Assembly (NCBI GenBank): GCA_002269645.1
Contig: NIVC01000845.1
Coordinates: forward strand, 310,001-374,000
Direction of reading: 5' to 3'
DNA: 64,000 nucleotides
DNA from: Macrostomum lignano
Taxonomy: Eukaryota
Positions within the stretch are counted from its first letter, which is position 1. Each line of letters starts with the position of its first letter. Below are positions 44,296 to 57,125 of this stretch, piece by piece. The translations under genes were made by a program, and so were the position numbers. The notes under the pieces were generated by a model, which saw only the letters and a list, made by a program, of their open reading frames with translations, did no database searches and had not been told where the DNA came from.

Positions 44296-47200
44296 TCAGT
44301 AAATCGCTCTGGTTGCTCAGCCGGAGCTCAACTTCCTCGTGGGGGAATTCTTCTTATGAGGAAGCGCAGCTCGTTGCTTCTCTTCTCCTCTTTTCTGCGA
44401 GCAGCGGTGCAGTGGCTGGGGAGGAAGAGATGGAGACTGGATGGCTGGGCTGGCAATGCTGCTACCGCTGCTCAGAACGGCACTTCAGCAGGAGAAAAAA
44501 ATTGGGCTGCTTTTCTGCTCAGGCTCGCGTGCGAGCTGCCCGTATTGCGTGCGCGCAGGGCAAAGGGGCCCGGTTTTTAATGCCACTAACAGAAAATCCA
44601 AAGCCCCAAAAATCTCTCCGCTTCAAGCCACCACCCCCCGAAGCCCTGCCGCTTATTTAGTTCTCCTCTTCGGACTCCGGATGGGGTGGGTGACTGAGAT
44701 GGGCAGAGGGGAGTGAGGGGTCTGGCTGGATGGGATCGGGGACTTGGCCGAAGGAAAAGAGACTAGGTAAAGGGGGTGGCTTGAATTAGAGGGGCCCAAA
44801 ACTCCCTTACCCCCCTCGGTGAAGTTTTGGCCAGCCTGGGGGTGGGTGATTGGTGTGCCGCGTATGCGAAAGCCCCCCCCCACCGAGCCGTGGTCCTGGA
44901 GCCTTTGGTATTGACGGGCACCTATTGGGCCGAGAGGCAGCTGTCACGGAGTTGTGAGCACACACACACACACACGCACACTCGCGGGCCTGAAGGGGAG
45001 ATGAGGAAGAGAGGACTTCGGGATTGCAGGGGTGCACACGGAAGCAATGAGAAGGCCCGGAGGTGGTATTGGAGACTGGGAGGTCCATGAGCAGAGGGGA
45101 AAAGGGAAGGGTGCGCCAGCCTCAACTTTCCTGCCCAGTGCATCTTCCTGAGCCCCCCCCCCCTAGTTCGCTCCGCTTCCCTTCATTTTGGTTCTGCAGC
45201 TACCTCCCCCCATCTTCCCCATCCTCTCCCCTCTCCTGTTTCTTCAAACTCGTTCCAATCGGCCCTTACTCACCTTAAGCTTGGAGACAGGGAGAAGAGA
45301 TGAGGAGAGAGAGAGAGAGTTTGAGTTTAAGGAGAACCGCAGTGTCTGGGAGTTCACTTTACTAAAATCGAGGAGAGAAGAGGGGGTTGCGGGACGCTAA
45401 AGATGGAAAGAGGAGTTTAGCCTGGCCGAGCTGGCATCGGAACTCCCTCCTCTATCCCACCGATTTCGATCCTTTCCCCTAACGAATGGCTCATTATTCC
45501 ATTCGTCTCTGGCTGAGCAAGGCCAGAGAACAAAGACTGCTGAGCTGTCGCTGCTCCACAGTTCGGCACGCCGAGCGGCATCTCAGTCGATGACATAACC
45601 CTATTGGACCAGTCAGGCATAAGCTGTGCGCTTCAGAAATGCTTTAGCATTTGGGAAATGGCGAAGCCGCTCGACCTTGCCTGTCTAGGAAGCCTTGTAG
45701 TAGTCGGATAAGAGGAGAAATAAGGAAGAAAGATTTCCTAGCTGGCCTCGTTGCAAAAATACTGGGAGCCCATTATTATAATTTCGGCAAGTCTATTTTT
45801 CTAATTAGTGCATCGAATGGAATGCATGCGCGATCCTCTGGGTAGGTATACGACTCAGGTTAGCGTCACAGGCGCCTTTTTGGCGGCCTCTGACATCAAA
45901 CATGGCGCCTCTGGCATCCAACATGGCGCCCCCTGACTCTGACATCCAAAGAGTGGCGCCCCTGTCGACCCTGAAATCCTGAATTCACTGGCCAAGGGTT
46001 ACAGGCTGATCGATAGCGTAAAGTAGGCTAAACACGGCAATACTTTAAAAGGTGTCGCGAGAATTTTAGAGCTGAAAACTGAGGTCAGAAGCAGTCAAAA
46101 TTTTGACACGAGAACACATGAAAAGGAAACTTATAGAGGCATGCTATGCAGAGGAAAGGCGATTTTTGAGTAGCCTTGAACGGACACAGCACATATTGAC
46201 AGGAGCAAGGAGGTACTGTAACGACCTGAGGGGGGAATTTTTCATTTTCCTCACTTACGAGGCCGCTATACCTCCTTTCATTTTTAACAATGGAGGAAGC
46301 AGAGGCCCTTCAGGCTATCAGACGCTGACCGTAAGAAAGCAAGGACTGGAGTTGAGCCAGCACGGAGTTGCCTGAGACTGCGATTTATTCCACCCAGAAA
46401 CCTACGGAGTACGCTCTCGCTCGAATGAAACGGACTTCAAAGAGATTTTTGCCGACGATAAGTCTAAATCAATCGGTTTTTGTTAGAAAAAAATCTAAAA
46501 TGATGAGGCGAATTTTATCGGGAATTTACCTAAGCTGCGTGACAGGCTGTTTCCGTCAATTCTCTGTCTGCCTTGGAATCAAAGCGAACTACCGACAAGT
46601 TATGGCCACAAAGGGCGGCAGAAGGATTGGGAACTGACTAAGACGAAGAGCGCACCAATTTTGTTAATTTATAGATGCGAAAAGAAACTGATTTTATGGT
46701 TACAACCTTGGGCCTTGCAAATTAGGGAGGCACTGGGATTCTTTAACCACCACCCCTCATCCGTGAGCCTGCCTGCAGCAGGGATTTGCTCGATTCCCAG
46801 GTCCTGCTTCCCCTTTCTGACTCAATTTCTTTTTTATCTCCTCTGCGCTGCTGCTGTCGAGTACGAAAGGCTTGGACCAGCCAGAGGACAAAGACCTTCT
46901 TCGCTTCTAAAGCAGAAACTGGCAAATCATATTTTCTGCTTCTTTCAACTGAGCTTAGGGAATTTTCTGGGGTTCGAGAAAGCCCAGACGCTTGGAACAA
47001 AGAAGGTAATTATTTTAAGGCACGACTGGGTAATGGAGTGAGCAGAGTGAGGCAGTTCAGTTTGGGAAATCGCGCAGAGCCCCCCCCCCTCCCTAGAATG
47101 CAGCTCAGCCCCGATGCCTCTGCTCAGTGCAGCGTATTTCACTGCGGGGTGGGCGGGGAGCGGGTGGCGTGGCCGCTGGGACAGCGAAGTTCAAACTCAA

Positions 47201-48229
47201 CGCCAGATGGCTTCTCCCCCCGCCGATGCTTATCATCAGTCACCGTGCTGTCACTAAAGCTACCTTGCTTAGGGCAGCTCTGTTTGCGCAGCCCCGGAGA
47301 GTTCCTAAGCTCTGGGGAGGTCGCTTATGGCAGCAGGACTCGCGAGCTCGCGGACTGTGTGTGTTTTCTTCTGCGCCAAGACTCCGGCGTCACAGTTCGA
47401 CAACTGCTGACCAGTCCGCTGTACTAAAACGGGGGTTTTTAAGGAAAGAAATGGGGTCCTAGCGTCAGAGTGGGAGAGTTACACTGCTTTATTAATTGAA
47501 GCTATGGGGAGCTACTGTATGCTTTCAGTTTTGTTGGGAAAGCCAGAGACCAAGCGCCAAGGCCGCCGCCCGATCCATCGATCATATCCCGGAGGGGACG
47601 GGGCGGTGGAATGGCCAGTTGGTGAGCCAGGATGAGAATTCTGCGATCGCGGCTTTTTCAACAAAATATTGCGGGACGATGCGCGGAGAAGATTGACGAA
47701 CTGCCTCATCTGCACCCGGGCCTCACTTTTCCCTTTGTTGTTGACGTCGGAGAATGGGTACGGGGGAGTGACTGACCGGTGAATGAAAATTAGATGCTCA
47801 ATTTCCCGTTGTCGACTGAATGGCAAATATTGGAGCCATAGTAACGCTTGGCTGGGGGCCAACCATTTTTCATTTTCGGAGACCCCCGGTTCCACCCACT
47901 GCGCACGCGGCCTTTCGAACAATGGAGATTCATTAGCGCCTATAATTCGAAATATAGGCATAAAGCTGTGTGGAGAACAATTGCTAACTGAAGCCCCCCC
48001 CCCATCTTGGCTGAGGCAATTATAACTCATAGTTCGCGCTTTTACGTTCGTAATTAACAGCTGTCACCTTTACTTTGTAGAACGAGAAGGTGCTTCGATC
48101 TTTGTTTGTGTCCAATGCGATCGTGCAAGCCAAAAACACATTGTGCTTTCTTGGTGCCTCGTCTTTTGAATCAACTGCGTTAGAGGTGCTTTGAGTGCTA
48201 AAAAGGCATTGTGGTGTCAAAATGGTCAA

Positions 48230-50978
48230 ACTTGACTGTTGAGGCGCCGTATTGGGAATTAATGCTTCAAAGTTGACTGTTGAGGCGCCGCATTGGGAAT
48301 TGATGCTTCAAGTTGATTGTTGAGGCGCTGGATTGGGAATTGATGCTTCAAAGTTGACTGTTGAGGCGCCGTATTGGGAATTGATGCTTCAAAGTTGACT
48401 GTTGAGGCGCTGGATTGGGAATTGATGCTTCAAAGTTGACTGTTGAGGCGCCGTATTGGGAATTGATGCTTCAAAGTTGACTGTTGAGGCGCCGGATTGG
48501 GAATTGATGCTTCAAAGTTGACTGTTGAGGCGCCGGATTGGGAATTGATGCTTCAAAGTTGACTGTTGAGGCGCCGTATTGGGAATTGATGCTTCAAAGT
48601 TGACTGTTGTGGTGCCGGATTTGGAATTGATGCTTCAAAGTTGACTGTTGAGGCGCCGGATTGGGAATTGATGCTTCAAAGTTGACTGTTGATGCGCCGT
48701 ATTGGGAATTGATGCTTCAAAGTTGACTGTTGAGGCGCCGCATTGGGAATTGATGCTTCAAAGTTGACTGTTGAGGCGCCGGATTGGGAATTGATGCTTC
48801 AAAGTTGACTGTTGAGGCGCCGCATTGGGAATTAATGCTTCAAAGTTGACTGTTGATGCGCCATATTGGGAATTGATGCTTCAAAGTTGACTGTTGAGGC
48901 GCCGTATTGGGAATTGATGCTTCAAAGTTGACTGTTGTGGTGCCGGATTTGGAATTGATGCTTCAAAGTTGACTGTTGAGGCGCCGGATTGGGAATTGAT
49001 GCTTCAAAGTTGATTGTTGAGGCGCTGGATTGGGAATTGATGCTTCAAGTTGATTGTTGAGGCGCCGGATTGGGAATTGATGCTTCAAAGTTGACTGTTG
49101 ATGCGCCGTATTGGGAATTGATGCTTCAAAGTTGACTGTTGAGGCGCCGGATTGGGAATTGATGCTTCAAAGTTGACTGTTGAGGCGCCGCATTGGGAAT
49201 TAATGCTTCAAAGTTGACTGTTGAGGCGCCGCATTGGGAATTTATGCTTCAAAGTTGACTGTTGAGGCGCCGTATTGGGAATTGATGCTTCAAAGTTGAC
49301 TGTTGAGGCGCCGGATTGGGAATTGATGCTTCAAAGTTGACTGTTGAGGCGCCGGATTGGGAATTGATGCTTCAAAGTTGACTGTTGAGGCGCCGCATTG
49401 GGAATTGATGCTTCAAAGTTGACTGTTGAGGCGCCGTATTGGGAATTGATGCTTCAAAGTTGACTGTTGTGGTGCCGGATTTGGAATTGATGCTTCAAAG
49501 TTGACTGTTGAGGCGCTGGATTGGGAATTGATGCTTCAAAGTTGATTGTTGAGGCGCTGGATTGGGAATTGATGCTTCAAGTTGATTGTTGAGGCGCCGG
49601 ATTGGGAATTGATGCTTCAAAGTTGACTGTTGATGCGCCGTATTGGGAATTGATGCTTCAAAGTTGACTGTTGAGGCGCCGTATTGGGAATTGATGCTTC
49701 AAAGTTGACTGTTGTGGTGCTGGATTGGGAATTGATGCTTCAAAGTTGACTGTTGAGGCGCCGGATTGGGAATTGATGCTTCAAAATTGACTGTTGAGGC
49801 GCCGGATTGGGAATTGATGCTTCAAAGTTGACTGTTGAGGCGCCGGATTGGGAATTGATGCTTCAAAGATGACTGTTGAGGCGCCGTATTGGGAATTGAT
49901 GCTTCAAAGTTGACTGTTGAGGCGCCGGATTGGGAATTGATGCTTCAAAGTTGACTGTTGAGGCGCCGGATTGGGAATTGATGCTTCAAAGTTGACTGTT
50001 GAGGCGCCGGATTGGGAATTGATGCTTCAAAGTTGACTGTTGAGGCGCCGGATTGGGAATTGATGCTTCAAAATTGACTGTTGAGGCGCCGGATTGGGAA
50101 TTGATGCTTCAAGTTGATTGTTGAGGCGCCGGATTGGGAATTGATGCTTCAAAGTTGACTGTTGATGCGCCGTATTGGGAATTGATGCTTCAAAGTTGAC
50201 TGTTGAGGCGCCGTATTGGGAATTGATGCTTCAAAGTTGACTGTTGTGGTGCTGGATTGGGAATTGATGCTTCAAAGTTGACTGTTGAGGCGCCGGATTG
50301 GGAATTGATGCTTCAAAGTTGACTGTTGAGGCGCCGGATTGGGAATTGATGCTTCAAAGTTGACTGTTGAGGCGCCGGATTGGGAATTGATGCTTCAAAA
50401 TTGACTGTTGAGGCGCCGGATTGGGAATTGATGCTTCAAGTTGATTGTTGAGGCGCCGGATTGGGAATTGATGCTTCAAAGTTGACTGTTGATGCGCCGT
50501 ATTGGGAATTGATGCTTCAAAGTTGACTGTTGAGGCGCCGTATTGGGAATTGATGCTTCAAAGTTGACTGTTGTGGTGCTGGATTGGGAATTGATGCTTC
50601 AAAGTTGACTGTTGAGGCGCCGTATTGGGAATTGATGCTTCAAAGTTGACTGTTGTGGTGCTGGATTGGGAATTGATGCTTCAAAGTTGACTGTTGAGGC
50701 GCCGGATTGGGAATTGATGCTTCAAAATTGACTGTTGAGGCGCCGGATTGGGAATTGATGCTTCAAAGTTGACTGTTGAGGCGCCGGATTGGGAATTTAT
50801 GCTTCAAAGTTGACTGTTGAGGCGCCGGATTGGGAATTGATGCTTCAAAGATGACTGTTGAGGCGCCGGATTGGGAATTGATGCTTCAAAGTTGACTGTT
50901 GAGGCGCCGGATTGGGAATTGATGCTTCAAAGTTGACTGTTGAGGCGCCGGATTGGGAATTGATGCTTCAAAGTTGAC
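48230..50978. repeat. 41-bp minisatellite (GTTGACTGTTGAGGCGCCGGATTGGGAATTGATGCTTCAAA), ~67 copies
   Basis: Head-to-tail tandem units with recurring variants and no spacers. Confidence 0.97.
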
Positions 50979-52204
50979 TCACTGCTACTTCTCGATTTCA
51001 ACGGTGCAAAAGCCATTTAGCCTACAGCAAAAAAGCGGCCTTACTTTTGCATAGGACACAAGCTAAACAGCTTCTTTCAAGACTGCCTCCCCATCCAGCT
51101 AATAACTTTCCGACACGCTTCAGTGAGAAAGAAAATATCTTTCAAGGCCGGCAGCAGGCGATCAAGTGCATCTGGTGCGCGGGCGCCATCAGTTCGAATC
51201 CCCACGAGCTCGAGGATGATTGCCTTCGCTTTCGCCTATGGCGGTTCCGGTGTTCGAACTTGCTGATTCTTCAGATATCTATAATTCCTAGAAAAGCCGA
51301 AAGACCCCAGTTTTTGGTCGCAGAAAAAGCCTAGCAATTCACTGCCTGCAACTGGTGCTATAGTGCAATTTCGCCGGTTATCAATCTGAATTCAGTCTCG
51401 CAAAATGGAGCGCCATAAAACAGCATCGAATGCGATATCGGAAAAGAGTTTTTCTGGCCAAAGCCAGCTCAAGAAGCCAGAAAGTCCGTCGGCATCATTA
51501 TGTATTCATTCTCACGGACTAAAGGAGGCTGGTAAAAGGGGTTCTCTAAGCTCTCTTTCTCTGGGCTCTTTCCACTTCTCTCTCCCCTCCTCTCAATAAG
51601 GCCTCCGACTGGTGGCTCCAGCATCGCTAAGAATGCCGGTCTGCTCGCCAACTGCCTGCAGTTCGAAAATCAATAGCCAGCCTTCTAGCTGCAGCAACTT
51701 TGCTGCGCGTGTGCCCAGCTTTGCCCAGGAGAACAAGGAAGCAGTCCTTAGGAGCTGCTGCTTGGAAAAGGCTCAGAGCGAGAGATGGAGGGGTGGATGG
51801 CATTAGACCAGGCGGATCGGCTAAATTACTAATTTAGCGTCCACCAAATGCCAAATCCTTGCTGAAAATCCCATGCGTTCCCGTGCTCCTCTCCTCTCCT
51901 CTCTTTCTCAATCTCAATCTTTTTCGCGCTTTGCTCTCTTCATTTTCTAGTCATTGGTTTCTTCTTTTTCATCGCCAACTTGCAGAACAACTTTCTCTCT
52001 CCTGCGCGCTTTTTTCTGTCTCCTATACTTTCTTTGCCGAAAGGGGCCAAATTATTTGCTGGGGCCAAATAGCTGTTTCTTTTTTAGAAGGCGTTTCTTG
52101 ACTATGGACTTTTGACACTTGTCCAACTAGCATCAGAACTCTTCCTAATAATCGTATATCTGCTAATCCTGTCTCCAACATCTACTCGTCTCCTCCCTCT
52201 ATTC

Positions 52205-52555
52205 CTGTCCCCCTCTACACCTGTCCCCCTCTACTCCTGCCCCCCTCTACTCCTGTCCCCCTCTACTCCTGCCCCCTCTACTCCTGCCCCCTCTACTCCT
52301 GCCCCCTCTACTCCTGCCCCCTCTACACCTGTCCCCCTCTACTCCTGCCCCCCTCTACTCCTGCCCCTCTACACCTGTCCCCCTCTACTCCTGCCCCCCT
52401 CTACTCCTGCCCCCTCTACTCCTGCCCCCTCTACTCCTGCCCCCCTCTACTCCTGCCCCCTCTACTCCTGCCCCCTCTACACCTGTCCCCCTCTACACCT
52501 GTCCCCCTCTACTCCTATCCCCCCTCTACTCCTATCCCCCTCTACACCTGCCTCT
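52205..52555. repeat. 15-bp C-rich minisatellite (CTCTACTCCTGCCCC)
   Basis: Tandem periodicity; G-rich on the minus strand. Confidence 0.92.
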
Positions 52556-54149
52556 CCCCTTCCCCTAATCAAGCCACAGTCAATTCCCGATGAAGTTCGC
52601 TTTATAGAAAAAAGCAACATAAAAAGATGCCGAAAATGCTGGCGGGAGCGGATGAAAGCTGCGGTTTCTGCAGTGTGGGTGGGAATTTGCTAGAGATTGA
52701 AGGGGAGCGGCCAGCCGGTCGAAGCTGCGGGAACGGAATTCGATTGAGCTGCCGGACGGATTGGTGGGGACTGCTTGGTGGGGCAGCGGCAGCAGCGGAG
52801 ACCCCAAATTTTTTGCAGCACGCACAGTGCGCACCGGCCGTCAGCTGCTCGCAGCCGGCTTCTATGCAGAATTTCGAACTCCGCTTCCGTGGGCTCGAGT
52901 GGGGCTTATAGTAAAAGTACTTTCTGAATCTCTCTCTCCCTCTCTATCTCGCTTTCGCCCATGTCTTCTCAATCTGTCTATTTAGTTGTTAAAGCAGAAC
53001 AGTTGCAATCGATGTTGAAAAAAGCAGAGTTGGCTTCAAGGCCAGATTTCGTGTTTAAGTGCGGAGAAAGTTGCGCTTGGGCAAGACTGGGGTGTGACGC
53101 TTCAGGCAAAGGTACAATTTTTAAGCTGCGCTCTCAGCGGCACTTGGCTTTTCCCTACAGGGTGCTGCCTGGAGGGAGGCACTTATGCCTCAGTCTGTGA
53201 CGCAACTCCAGCAAAGGAATTGCATTTGCCAGTAATTGGCGTGTTCTGATGCGATTGCGCAACCAAACCAATCTACCCGAAGGCACCGAGCCACACTATT
53301 GTGCTGGCATTGTGCTTGCCAGCGTGTCAAGCAAGCCATGCATTGGGCAAGTCTGCATTCAGTTTAAAAAACATATAAAATAATTGCAGGAAGGCTGTGG
53401 AGTCCTTTTCTGCCCTTAGTTAATATTAGGTACTGTAGATGATTACTAAACGGCCAGAAGTGCTGATCAGCAGTGCGAATACAATTAGAAAGCTGAGTGG
53501 CAGACGAGCCGAAGCCCTATTATTATTATTATACGCTTGAACAAATAAAATTTCTTTTAAGTCTCAAGTCTCTCTCACCCGTACATTTACTAGCTTCTAT
53601 GATATAGAGATTATGCTATACAGCTTGTTACCTATAATTGAATTCAGTCAGACTCTGCCCATGGCATATTTGCTCTCTCCAACACTGTATGTGTGCGCGC
53701 AGTTTAGACAAAGGAGACTCGAGACCCCCTCCCCTCCAGCCGAGAGGCAATCTATCGATCCACTTGTGCGAAATGCTTCGATATTGATGGGGTGGAGTAT
53801 AAAGTTGTCTTGTGTGTGCACAGGGGACTGTCTTGTGTGGCCGTGTGCTCAAACCGAGGTCAAACCCAATTTTCTATTCTAATTTACTTCAAAGTAAATT
53901 GGGACAATTTTCCCTGCCAGGTAGGGGGTATTTTTGAGTCTTTGTCCCAATATTAATTCCGAGGGAATATTTGAGATCAGCGAGGCGTGACAGGTGTGTA
54001 TTGACGAGTAAATATGGGTTGTTTGTGTTAGAAGGTATTGCGATGAAGTTTGCTAAGATTCATGCTGAACAGTTTTGAGCAATATTTGGCATTGAACAAT
54101 CTGAGTGACTTCTCCACCAGTGTGTCTTTTTTTAATAAAACAGTGATGC

Positions 54150-55455
54150 TTTGGGCGCTTCGGTTGGCTTTTTCGCATCTACTGGCGCTTCGGTTGGCTT
54201 TATCGGATCTACTGGCGCTTCGGTTGGCTTTATCGGATCTACTGGCGCTTCGGTTGGCTTTTTCGCATCTACCGGCGCTTAGGTTGGCTTTATCGCATCT
54301 ACTGGCGCTTAGGTTGGCTTTATCGCATCTACTGGCGCTTAGGTTGGCTTTATCGCATCTACTGGCGCTTAGGTTGGCTTTATCGCATCTACTGGCGCTT
54401 CAATTGGCTTTATCGCATCTACTGGTGCTTAGGTTGGCTTTATCGCATCTACTGGTGCTTAGGTTGGCTTTATCGCATCTACTAGCGCTTAGGTTGGCTT
54501 TATCGCATCTACTGGCGCTTCGGTTGGCTTTATCGCATCTACTGGCGCTTCGGTTGGCTTTATCGCATCTACTGGCGCTTCGGTTGGCTTTATCGGATCT
54601 ACTGGCGCTTAGGTTGGCTTTATCGCATCTACTGGCGCTTCGGTTGGCTTTATCGGATCTACTGGCGCTTAGGTTGGCTTTATCGCATCTACTGGCGCTT
54701 AGGTTGGCTTTATCGCATCTACTGGCGCTTAGGTTGGCTTTATCGGATCTACTGGCGCTTAGGTTGGCTTTATCACATCTACTGGCGCTTAGGTTGGCTT
54801 TATCGGATCTACTGGCGCTTCGGTTGGCTTTATCGCATCTACTGGCGCTTAGGTTGGCTTTATCGCATCTACTGGCGCTTCGGTTGGCTTTATCGCATCT
54901 ACTGGCGCTTCGGTTGGCTTTATCGCATCTACTGGCGCTTCGGTTGGCTTTATCGCATCTACTGGCGCTTAGGTTGGCTTTATCGGATCTACTGGCGCAT
55001 CGGTTGGCTTTATCACATCTACTGGCGCTTAGGTTGGCTTTATCGCATCTACTGGCGCTTCGGTTGGCTTTATCGGATCTACTGGCGCTTAGGTTGGCTT
55101 TATCACATCTACTGGCGCTTCGGTTGGCTTTATCGGATCTACTGGCGCTTCGGTTGGCTTTATCGCATCTACTGGCGCTTCGGTTGGCTTTATCGTATCT
55201 ACTGGCGCTTAGGTTGGCTTTATCGCATCTACTGGCGCTTAGGTTGGCTTTATCGCATCTACTGGCGCTTCGGTTGGCTTTATCGCATCTACTGGCGCTT
55301 CGGTTGGCTTTATCGCATCTACTGGCGCTTCGGTTGGCTTTATCGCATCTACTGGCGCTTCGGTTGGCTTTATCGCATCTACTGGCGCTTAGGTTGGCTT
55401 TATCACATCTACTGGCACTTCGGTTGGTTTTATCGGATCTGCTGACGCATCTACC
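54150..55455. repeat. 30-bp minisatellite (ACTGGCGCTTCGGTTGGCTTTATCGCATCT), ~43 copies
   Basis: Tandem periodicity, two units per 60-nt line. Confidence 0.97.
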
Positions 55456-56197
55456 GGCGCCCTTATTTTGTACCATCGCTCTGCCCATTCACTCAAGCAG
55501 AAAACCAATTTTTCCAGTCTTCTATTCTCTAAAAAGCTCTTTAATTACGTAACGAAAACATGCATTTACGAGGCCAAAAATAACTTGGAAGCCGTTCGAG
55601 TCTCAACGAGAGTCTCCAATTGAAAATCGCTCTTCAGTCTCTCGAGTACAGCCGTCTGTCACATCTCATTTACTCTGTGATGATTTTGCAGCGCCCCCCC
55701 CCCATTGTTCTCCTTTCAGAGTTCTCTATAGTCCCGAAAAGAGTTCTTTTTCAACAATCAAGGTGCTTCACTGGCTTTCATGACCTCCGCAGTTTCAACG
55801 GTTTTAGAACGAACACAATCGGTCGTAGACCCGCGAGTATCTGAGCACAGTGAGCAATCCCCCCTTTTGATTCAGTTTTTAACAATCGAACTGTGTTTGT
55901 TCACAGCACGAATGCCAGAATAGATTGAGGCAGGTAGTTGAGCACGAGAGCAGCTCACTTTGGCGCTTTTTCAACTGATAGGTTGGTCGCTGGGCCCAGT
56001 TTTTTGTCCTGAATGTCGGGAGATCCAATTTTCGGCATTGACTGAATTTGCATAGCAACCGCTGTTTGATGAGGCCTTTTTCATGCCATTCTGTGAGTGG
56101 CATCTATTGAAATTGGTGAAAAATTACTTGGGATAATATTCACATGATCGAGGAGTGAAAACCTGCAATAGTTGAGAAGGGTAGGCTGCAAAGCTGG

Positions 56198-57125
56198 AGG
56201 GCGGAACAGAGAGGGCGGAACAGAGAGGGCGGAACAGAGAGGGCGGAACAGAGAGGGCGGAACAGAGAGGGCGGAACAGAGAGGGCGGAACAGAGAGGGC
56301 GGAACAGAGAGGGCGGAACAGAGAGGGCGGAACAGAGAGGGCGGAACAGAGAGGGCGGAACAGAGAGGGCGGAACAGAGAGGGCGGAACAGAGAGGGCGG
56401 AACAGAGAGGGCGGAACAGAGAGGGCGGAACAGAGAGGGCGGAACAGAGAGGGCAGAACAGAGAGGGCGGAACAGAGAGGGCGGAACAGAGAGGGCGGAA
56501 CAGAGAGGGCGGAACAGAGAGGGCGGAACAGAGAGGGCAGAACAGAGAGGGCGGAACAGAGAGGGCGGAACAGAGAGGGCGGAACAGAGAGGGCGGAACA
56601 GAGAGGGCGGAACAGAGAGGGCGGAACAGAGAGGGCGGAACAGAGAGGGCAGAACAGAGAGGGCAGAACAGAGAGGGCAGAACAGAGAGGGCGGAACAGA
56701 GAGGGCGGAACAGAGAGGGCGGAACAGAGAGGGCGGAACAGAGAGGGCGGAACAGAGAGGGCGGAACAGAGAGGGCGGAACAGAGAGGGCGGAACAGAGA
56801 GGGCGGAACAGAGAGGGCAGAACAGAGAGGGCAGAACAGAGAGGGCAGAACAGAGAGGGCGGAACAGAGAGGGCGGAACAGAGAGGGCGGAACAGAGAGG
56901 GCGGAACAGAGAGGGCGGAACAGAGAGGGCGGAACAGAGAGGGCGGAACAGAGAGGGCGGAACAGAGAGGGCGGAACAGAGAGGGCGGAACAGAGAGGGC
57001 GGAACAGAGAGGGCGGAACAGAGAGGGCGGAACAGAGAGGGCGGAACAGAGAGGGCGGAACAGAGAGGGCGGAACAGAGAGGGCGGAACAGAGAGGGCGG
57101 AACAGAGAAGGCGGAACAGAAGAAC
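56198..57125. repeat. 14-bp purine-rich minisatellite (GAGGGCGGAACAGA), ~66 copies
   Basis: Tandem periodicity. Confidence 0.97.

Noticed and set aside
45417-45620. 67-aa ORF as the first exon of the zinc-finger gene
   Set aside because: Plausible composition, but no clearly phased splice donor could be linked to the 44285 acceptor.
46103-46637. Consecutive short plus-strand ORFs as a decayed transposase
   Set aside because: No recognisable motif or termini.
48230-50978. CRISPR-like array
   Set aside because: Units are head-to-tail with no unique spacers, no cas genes, and the context is eukaryotic.
54050-55552. 500-aa and 362-aa ORFs on opposite strands (LALRLALSH / SASRCDKAN)
   Set aside because: A stop-free 30-bp tandem unit gives open frames automatically; no unique coding flanks or splice support.
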